A DNA stretch of 30,325 nt from a virus (Duplodnaviria; Caudoviricetes): positions 1 through 30,325 of IMG/VR virus record IMGVR_UViG_3300027711_000013. The stretch is one strand, 5' to 3'. This document shows positions 24,857 to 30,325 of the stretch, one piece after another. The notes below the pieces were generated by a model. It ran no database searches. It worked only from the letters and a program-made list of their open reading frames with translations, and was not told where the DNA came from. How positions within the stretch are numbered: the first letter of the stretch is position 1; each line of letters opens with the position of its first letter. The translations under genes and the position numbers were made by a program.

Positions 24857-25140
24857 GAGGTAACCCCCTTGGCTTTTGATACCGCTGCACGAACAACTGT
24901 CATGGTTGCGCTGGGCCAACCGCCTTCCTCGTAAGTAGAGATAACCAGTTCGAGCGCTTCAAGAAGATCCGGGCTGGACGCTATCAGCTTGGCATTCGCC
25001 TCAACTTCTCCAGTTCCGCAATCTCTTGCCTCTGCCAGATATCCAGACTTTTCTCCGGCTATCATCCACTCACCTGTTGTTGCGCTTGGGTTTTGTCTCG
25101 CCACTCTCCACGGCCCCGGCGTACCCTTGAATTTGCTCAT
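24853..25140 (-). CDS. Hypothetical protein of the TPGPW...ANA.LIA.PDLLEAL family
   Basis: FKGTPGPW and EANAKLIASSPDLLEAL motifs. Confidence 0.75.
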   Translation of the reverse strand: MSKFKGTPGPWRVARQNPSATTGEWMIAGEKSGYLAEARDCGTGEVEANAKLIASSPDLLEALELVISTYEEGGWPSATMTVVRAAVSKAKGVTS

Positions 25141-25373
25141 ACCTTCACCTCCACTCGATTAACCAAATGCGCCCAAACCTGCCGCTCTTCCTTCCATCGC
25201 GCCAGCCACATTGCCGCTACAGCCGCCCCACTTCGCGCAAGCGCTTCCCGGGCGCGTTGCAGGTACTCGCGTTGCAGCTTGAGGCTGCGGGCAGCTCTGG
25301 CGGCTTTCTGGATGGGTTTCATCGCCGCCACGGCTACGGTCAGTGCTGGCACCTCTGAGTAGACTGTTTTCAT
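25137..25373 (-). CDS. Small basic hypothetical protein
   Basis: GGAGG then ATG 25373; 78 aa; ATGA-coupled on both sides. Confidence 0.6.
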   Translation of the reverse strand: MKTVYSEVPALTVAVAAMKPIQKAARAARSLKLQREYLQRAREALARSGAAVAAMWLARWKEERQVWAHLVNRVEVKV

Positions 25374-25534
25374 TCCCAGCCCTCCGACATCCCATCCCAC
25401 GCTTCCTGCTCAACCAGCGCCGACCCCATCAGGTCGTGGCAGTCGGCGCAGAGCGGGCTGTCCTTCATGCTCGGGGTTTCGGGAAATCCGTTTTTAGCGC
25501 ATTCGGGGCAATGCCCGGTGGTGGTGTGACTCAT
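25370..25534 (-). CDS. Small CxxC/CxxC zinc-finger-like protein (54 aa, below the ORF-track cutoff)
   Basis: AGGAGG RBS; hand translation MSHTTTGHCPECAKNGFPETPSMKDSPLCADCHDLMGSALVEQEAWDGMSEGWE. Confidence 0.7.
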   Translation of the reverse strand: MSHTTTGHCPECAKNGFPETPSMKDSPLCADCHDLMGSALVEQEAWDGMSEGWE

Positions 25535-25578
25535 TGGTTCCTCCTAGCCTTTCCGGCCTTCTGTGTTGTCGTGCAAGC

Positions 25579-25616
25579 ATTATTGTCTATGTGCGGTTAT
25601 CTTGCAAGTATTTTTT
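25579..25616 (-). promoter_or_regulatory. sigma70-like promoter, repeat copy 3
   Basis: AAAAAATAC-TTGCAA-N17-AATAAT, overlapping the end of the 25597-25806 ORF. Confidence 0.7.
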
Positions 25617-25806
25617 CAACAAATATTCGAAGGCGAGTGTTTGCTGCGAATCTCGCCGCGTTTTCCTTCCGATGCGACGCGGGTTCAGCGTCGTGAGCCT
25701 CTTGGTATGCGGCGCTGTAGCCATCCATGGCCTGCTTCCGATAGCGCTGCGGCAGACTGTTCAGCTGCTCGCGTATCCACCTTGCATCATCTGGGCTGTG
25801 CATCAT
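25597..25806 (-). CDS. Hypothetical phage protein
   Basis: 69 aa; DDARWI.EQL..LP...R.....YS..Y and KENAAR..ANTRLR pattern recalled from T1-like phages. Confidence 0.7.
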   Translation of the reverse strand: MMHSPDDARWIREQLNSLPQRYRKQAMDGYSAAYQEAHDAEPASHRKENAARFAANTRLRIFVEKILAR

Positions 25807-25822
25807 CTGGGCTGTGCATCAT
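25784..25822. repeat. 16-bp tandem duplication gcatcatctgggctgt x2 plus a partial copy
   Basis: Copies at 25784-25799 and 25800-25815, then gcatcat; read directly. Confidence 0.9.
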
Positions 25823-26232
25823 TGCAGCTTCAGCCACTCCTGAAAAGCCATCCATGCGCCTTCCCATCCTAGGGCTACGCCAACAAAGCATCCGGCGTCC
25901 TTTGCTGCCTCAAGGTACGCAAGCTGCCCTGGCTGCCATGTGGATTGGGTATGGTCTCGGCGCTTCATCTCAACAATGAATGCTGGCGAGCCGGGGATGA
26001 TTATGTCCGATGCCCCTGGCGACAGCCCCATGGCCTTATCTCTGGCCAGTTGCTGGAATTGCCCACCGCGCCGCTTGCCTTCATTCTTCGGATGGACGGC
26101 CAAACGCCCCCAAGTATCAGGGTGATCCTTGCGCAGCCGCTGGAAAAACGTAACCTGCTCCGCGCCCTCTTGCGGGCACGGGCCTCTGTAACTGCGGTCG
26201 CCGTAGCAGGGCAGCCAGTCTGGAATCTTCAT
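25819..26232 (-). CDS. VRR-NUC domain nuclease
   Basis: E..EQ.TFF, HPKNEGKR, G...GASDIIIP, FIVEMKRRD and Q..YL motifs of the PD-(D/E)xK VRR-NUC family. Confidence 0.85.
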   Translation of the reverse strand: MKIPDWLPCYGDRSYRGPCPQEGAEQVTFFQRLRKDHPDTWGRLAVHPKNEGKRRGGQFQQLARDKAMGLSPGASDIIIPGSPAFIVEMKRRDHTQSTWQPGQLAYLEAAKDAGCFVGVALGWEGAWMAFQEWLKLQ

Positions 26233-28040
26233 GCTCTGAGCTTCTCCTGTAGTATTTCGTCGTCAGTAGGACGGTTAAATCCCAGCACCTCCCAAAAGTC
26301 GCCCTTTTTTCGGTACTGGACAGTCCTGGGTGTGGTGGTGAAATTGTCAGTCGCCAGCGCAAAAGCATGCTTCCTGCTCGCTGACCAAGTGCTGTTTTCC
26401 AGCAGGTAGTACGGGAATTTGCGGCGCGGCGTAGTGATGTTGGCCGTGATCATATCGTTGCCAGAACGGCTTATGCCACGCACATAGTCGATAGACAGCA
26501 CTTCGTCGCACTGGGCTTGAGTGGGGTCTTTCTTGTGCCGGGTGTGCATTTCTATCAATTTCGAATTCGGGTCTATAAGCTCTAGGCGGCACTCACAGCA
26601 AAACCGCGCAGCAATATCATTCGCATGATCGCACACCGGACACACCTTGCAGCTCCAGTAGTAGTCGCAGCGGTCGCCGGTGCGGATATGGACATGCTGG
26701 CAGCGTCTACCGTAGTGCGCTGGCATTGGCACCATCTCGCCCTTGTGGTTTTGCGTCATGATGCGTTCATCGGTCAGGTCGGTGAAGTATCCATATTGGT
26801 CGATCTTGAAGCCTTCCTCATTCTTGCGAGCGCTGAACACGTTTACCCTGTTGCAGGACTCGCATACGGCTTCTATGGGTTCGCCGCCAGCCGACTGGTA
26901 AGCCGCCTTGATCTGCGGCGCGTACAGGTCGCCATCGGGGCAGTGCTTTTCGATATTGCCAGCGTAGTCGAGCACTACGCACTCGCGCTTTCCATCGTAC
27001 AGGCGCATGCCGCGCCCCATGATCTGCTGCAAAAGGCTTACAGACTCGGTAGCTCGAAGGATGGCGATGTGAGAAACGTTCGGGGCATCAAATCCAGTGG
27101 TCAGGACGCCAACGTTCACCAGGTACTGATATTTGCGAGCCTTGAAGTCGGCAATGTATTGTTCTCGCTCCGACTTTTTTGTTGCACCGGTGATCAGCCG
27201 CGCATTGCCTGGGTGCAGGCTGGCCATGACCTCTTTGGCGTGCTCAACAGTCTGAGCAAATATCATCGTGCCTGTTGCGTTCTGGGTCTGAGCAACAATA
27301 TCGGCAACAATGGCGGCTGTTTTGCGGCCCCAGCCCTCGAAAGCGGCTTTCAGAGTGGCTTGGCTGTACTGGCCGTTGCTCTGGATCTTCAGCCCGCTTG
27401 TGTCGTACTGCGCTGCGTTAATCTCGCCAGCGCGCAGGGGCGTAAGGAATCCAAGATCCAACAGCAGCCTGGGCCCGATGCTGTACACGCACTGATGGAA
27501 ATACGGATCCCGCGCAATATGCTCGGGCAGCGCTTTGCCGTCTGGGTCAATGCCAAAAATAAAACCGTCTTGCAGCCGATAAGGCGTTGCCGATAGGCCG
27601 CAGACACGCAAATTAGGATTGCTCAGTCGCATGTCTTCAATGATCTGCTGGATGGTAGGCGTGAGCCGGTGGCATTCATCCACGATAACCCCGGCAAACT
27701 CGCCGCCCATGCGCTTGGCTACTTTCTTGAATGTGCCCTCAGTGGCAAATATCACTTGATGCCGCAGCGATTTACTTCCGGCGCTGGCGCTGTAGATGCT
27801 GCACTTCTCGCCGATAGCCTGATACTTTTCGGCGTTCTGGGTTACCAGCTCTGCGCTGGGTGCAAGACACAGCACGCGCTTGCCTTTGCTCAGTTTGTTC
27901 AGTGTTTGCGCCAGCAGGGCGACAATAACCGACTTGCCGCTTCCGGTGGCGGCTTCAATCAATACGGGCAGGGTGCTGCGCTTCCAATGCTCGATTACGG
28001 CGTCATGCGCCTCGGATTGATAATATCTGGGGGTAAGCAT
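26229..28040 (-). CDS. SF2 DEAD/DEAH-box helicase (RadD/YejH-like) with C-terminal zinc fingers
   Basis: Q motif PRYYQ, Walker A ATGSGKS, DECH, SATP, LTTGFDAP and QIMGRGMR; several CxxC pairs. Confidence 0.95.
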   Translation of the reverse strand: MLTPRYYQSEAHDAVIEHWKRSTLPVLIEAATGSGKSVIVALLAQTLNKLSKGKRVLCLAPSAELVTQNAEKYQAIGEKCSIYSASAGSKSLRHQVIFATEGTFKKVAKRMGGEFAGVIVDECHRLTPTIQQIIEDMRLSNPNLRVCGLSATPYRLQDGFIFGIDPDGKALPEHIARDPYFHQCVYSIGPRLLLDLGFLTPLRAGEINAAQYDTSGLKIQSNGQYSQATLKAAFEGWGRKTAAIVADIVAQTQNATGTMIFAQTVEHAKEVMASLHPGNARLITGATKKSEREQYIADFKARKYQYLVNVGVLTTGFDAPNVSHIAILRATESVSLLQQIMGRGMRLYDGKRECVVLDYAGNIEKHCPDGDLYAPQIKAAYQSAGGEPIEAVCESCNRVNVFSARKNEEGFKIDQYGYFTDLTDERIMTQNHKGEMVPMPAHYGRRCQHVHIRTGDRCDYYWSCKVCPVCDHANDIAARFCCECRLELIDPNSKLIEMHTRHKKDPTQAQCDEVLSIDYVRGISRSGNDMITANITTPRRKFPYYLLENSTWSASRKHAFALATDNFTTTPRTVQYRKKGDFWEVLGFNRPTDDEILQEKLRA

Positions 28041-28047
28041 GAATTTT

Positions 28048-28122
28048 CCTCAGTCAAAGGACAGTCGAAAGAAGCGCAGAAGCAGTGACTAGCTGCTTGT
28101 CGGGTGGCCACCCTATCCGCGC
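28048..28122 (-). promoter_or_regulatory. Structured 5' leader of the helicase gene (three-way junction with a potential pseudoknot onto the RBS)
   Basis: GCGCGGA/TCTGCGC outer stem; GGGT-GGCC-ACCC and AGCAG-CTAGTCA-CTGCT hairpins; loop TAGTCA is complementary to TGACTG abutting the GAGG RBS. Confidence 0.6.
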
Positions 28123-28128
28123 AAGGTT

Positions 28129-28137
28129 ATTGTATCA
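28129..28137 (-). promoter_or_regulatory. Extended -10 promoter candidate
   Basis: TGATACAAT (TGnTAnaaT) overlapping the exonuclease stop, 6 nt before the structured leader. Confidence 0.5.
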
Positions 28138-29130
28138 GGTGAACTTCCAGTAAGACGATCCTTTTCCGCGGTATTGCTCAAGATCCACGTTTTGCAGCTC
28201 AGGTATCTTGTTGTACTGAACGCTACCCTTGCGCTCAACCAGCGTAAGAGGGCGCCCATGAATGCTGGCGTTCTTCCCGTCCGCCATCTTCACCAGCTCG
28301 GCCAGGATCTCTTTTTCTCGCTTCTCATCTTCCTTCTTGCGCTTGCGTATGGCATCAAGCTCCATCAGCAGGGTCCCCGCGTCCGCGCTGTCGATATGAA
28401 CGCGAGGCGGCTCCAGATGGTCTGGGTTGTCCAGCTCTGCCAGATACCGCTGATAAAACGCATTGATGGCGTCCAGGTTGTTGTCGATCCAATTGGGGTC
28501 GGCCTCAACGCGCTCAATGCTGATTGCCTCTTCCACATAATCCGGCGCAAGCGGATCGCCTTTCGGTGCGCGGTATTGGGCGAAGTAGGCATGAGTGCGG
28601 CCAGTCGCCAGAAGCTCCATCTGAACCTGGGCGGCGTAGTGCGGCTGGTCTGCCAGCGGCTTGAAGTCGCCACCATTGCGCAGGCTGTACGGCACTTTCA
28701 GCTCAAGAACGCCGCCATCACTGGTCAGGCCGTCCGGGCTGGCACCCATGCGGTCGCCATAGGGGAAAAACCCGCACTTCTCGACGCTGAGCCCAGTCTC
28801 ACGCATGAAGGCGAGCATGGCTCGCTGTTCGTGCATGTTGCCGTGGTCGGCCACGAACTGCGCGTTGAATTCCGATTCAGCGCCGTGGTATTCCCGCACC
28901 ATGGCGCGGATAACATCGGACGGCTTCTGCCATGGGGACAGCCCCAAGGCTGCGCCGACTATGGATCCGGTGATGCGGCCTTTGCGGGCCTTGCGCCACT
29001 CTTGTGTCCCTTGTTCGTGCTGGTCGTGCTTCTTGCGGCACTCCGGAGGGTATGGGTCGTTCATGTCCCATACGTTGCCGCAGGTGCAGGACATCTGGTC
29101 GCTGAATTGAATTGCGTCGCACTTGCTCAT
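28135..29130 (-). CDS. YqaJ/lambda-exonuclease family protein
   Basis: Q...EW..AR.GRITGS, HG..HE, GASPDG, ELKVP and YAAQVQ motifs. Confidence 0.9.
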   Translation of the reverse strand: MSKCDAIQFSDQMSCTCGNVWDMNDPYPPECRKKHDQHEQGTQEWRKARKGRITGSIVGAALGLSPWQKPSDVIRAMVREYHGAESEFNAQFVADHGNMHEQRAMLAFMRETGLSVEKCGFFPYGDRMGASPDGLTSDGGVLELKVPYSLRNGGDFKPLADQPHYAAQVQMELLATGRTHAYFAQYRAPKGDPLAPDYVEEAISIERVEADPNWIDNNLDAINAFYQRYLAELDNPDHLEPPRVHIDSADAGTLLMELDAIRKRKKEDEKREKEILAELVKMADGKNASIHGRPLTLVERKGSVQYNKIPELQNVDLEQYRGKGSSYWKFT

Positions 29131-29147
29131 TGGTTCTTCTCCTAGTT

Positions 29148-29165
29148 GCCCGCCGAAGCGGGCAT
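29148..29165 (-). other. cUUCGg tetraloop hairpin between the SSB-like and exonuclease genes
   Basis: TGCCCGC-TTCG-GCGGGCA immediately upstream of an AGGAG RBS; no U-tract on the - strand. Confidence 0.65.
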
Positions 29166-29172
29166 TGTTGTT

Positions 29173-29790
29173 TTAGATCATGTGGAGGAAGTTGCGGCCT
29201 TCTTGCAGACCGATGGGGGCGAAGGGGATGTCGTCCTCGAATTCCATTGCTGCCGGTGCCTGCGCCGGTGCCTGATGCTGAACCGGAGGCGCAACTACCG
29301 GATTCGCGGGAGGCGCAGCAGTGCCAGACTTTGCAGGAGAAACAGCCTGCACCCAGTTTCCGCTCTTGCTCTTATCATCCAGCTCCCACACGCCCATCTT
29401 CAAAACCATGGGGCGATTGCACAGCTGCGCCAGGGATATATCGCTTGGCCGATCCTCTCCACGCTGCTGCATGGCGTTGAACAGCCCGCCACCGGCGTTC
29501 GAGGCAATGGCTGCAAGCATCCGCTTGGCCTTGTCGGCTTTGCTCGTATCCTTGTCGTATGCGCGAACCTTCTGGAAGATGACGCGGTTGGCGTACTCGG
29601 CAGGCTTGCTCACTCGCCACTTGATGTTGATGTACTCGTCCCCCTGGTACTCGTTGTTTTTTGCCTCTTCGGCAATGGCAAGTACGCTGGTGCCGTCAGG
29701 GATAGGCGCAAGCGCATCTCCGCCCATCTCGAACTTGCCGTCGTTGTTCTGTGCGCTCTGACCGTCGCTAGTGTTCCAGAAATTACTCAT
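29173..29790 (-). CDS. Single-stranded DNA-binding protein (DUF669-like)
   Basis: PIPDGT, EYANRVIFQK and GNWV.AVSP motifs, a Pro/Ala linker and acidic EFEDDIPF; lies between the Sak4-like ATPase and the exonuclease. Confidence 0.8.
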   Translation of the reverse strand: MSNFWNTSDGQSAQNNDGKFEMGGDALAPIPDGTSVLAIAEEAKNNEYQGDEYINIKWRVSKPAEYANRVIFQKVRAYDKDTSKADKAKRMLAAIASNAGGGLFNAMQQRGEDRPSDISLAQLCNRPMVLKMGVWELDDKSKSGNWVQAVSPAKSGTAAPPANPVVAPPVQHQAPAQAPAAMEFEDDIPFAPIGLQEGRNFLHMI

Positions 29791-30325
29791 TGCGCCACCT
29801 CATTTTGCTGGTTATTGCGGTTGTAGTACGGGATAAATTGAAGGATCGGGTTAGTTCCCTGCGGAACCGGAATTTCGGCAGGCATCGGGTAGCGCGACTT
29901 CGCATTGACGAAGCCAACCAGGCCGTCCCCGGTGGTGATCAGCTTGCGTTCGCCGGTCTGGAGCAGTCGCCCAAACTTGGTCGTCTGGCCGCGCTTGTTG
30001 GTCTCTGCACCTTGAACGAACTCATCCTTCACCAAATACAGAACGGCATCACACTGGCTCGTGTAGATGCTGAGCGCTTGGTTATCCATGTCCATGCTGT
30101 ACACCGAGTAGTCGGCGGCAGCATCGGGGCGGTTGCGAATCTTCTTGATCCCAGTGTGGGTCAGGAAAACAATCGCCATTTTCTTCACGGCGCGCAGTTG
30201 CTCGCACTTGTACACGAATTCTGCATGCCAGTTGCTTACCTCGGTGTACCCCTTGTGGAATCCGCCGCTGGCATCAGCCACGGTATTCACGCCGTCGCGC
30301 AACGCAATCTCATGGCAAAACAGCT
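29787..30325 (-). CDS. Sak4-like AAA_24 ATPase / single-strand annealing protein (5' end outside the window)
   Basis: GG..KGY, IVFLTH, D.V.YL and AKSRY.MP.EI motifs; frame is open to the window edge; adjacent to the SSB-like gene. Confidence 0.75.
   Translation of the reverse strand, partial: LFCHEIALRDGVNTVADASGGFHKGYTEVSNWHAEFVYKCEQLRAVKKMAIVFLTHTGIKKIRNRPDAAADYSVYSMDMDNQALSIYTSQCDAVLYLVKDEFVQGAETNKRGQTTKFGRLLQTGERKLITTGDGLVGFVNAKSRYPMPAEIPVPQGTNPILQFIPYYNRNNQQNEVAQ

Noticed and set aside
26625-29826. Long + strand ORFs (323, 323 and 226 aa)
   Set aside because: Antisense to the helicase, exonuclease and SSB-like genes; expected in GC-rich coding DNA
1-30325. Lysogeny module, att site or IS element
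   Set aside because: No integrase, CI-like repressor, transposase or host-gene boundary seen; lifestyle cannot be decided from this window

Overview
A 30 kb segment of a tailed dsDNA phage or prophage with a long non-contractile tail. The GC-rich composition and gene content suggest a gammaproteobacterial, possibly Pseudomonas-like, host (inference). The + strand (1-13291) carries late genes: a tail chaperone-like protein, tape measure protein, DUF1833-like tail protein, NlpC/P60 protein, a large J-like tail tip ending in perfect 81-bp tandem repeats, two tip-associated proteins, a displaced distal-tail-like protein, a fibre and a LamG lectin. A full lysis cassette follows: two holin-like membrane proteins, a GH108 endolysin, and Rz with embedded Rz1. 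The - strand (13288-30325) carries early/middle genes: a Sak4-like ATPase (truncated by the window), DUF669-like SSB, YqaJ-like exonuclease, SF2 helicase and VRR-NUC nuclease. After these come three accessory blocks, each headed by a copy of the same AAAAATACTTGCA sigma70-like promoter. Main highlights: (i) an IbrB-like ParB protein with an extra Trp/Cys/His-rich domain, coupled to an IbrA-like PP-loop/PAPS-reductase-family gene, a candidate phage DNA/nucleotide-modification or regulatory system; (ii) a ~350-nt structured noncoding leader containing a C4-antisense-like RNA with a tRNA T-arm insert; (iii) a three-way-junction/pseudoknot leader over the helicase RBS. All family assignments come from motif recognition by eye; no searches were run.
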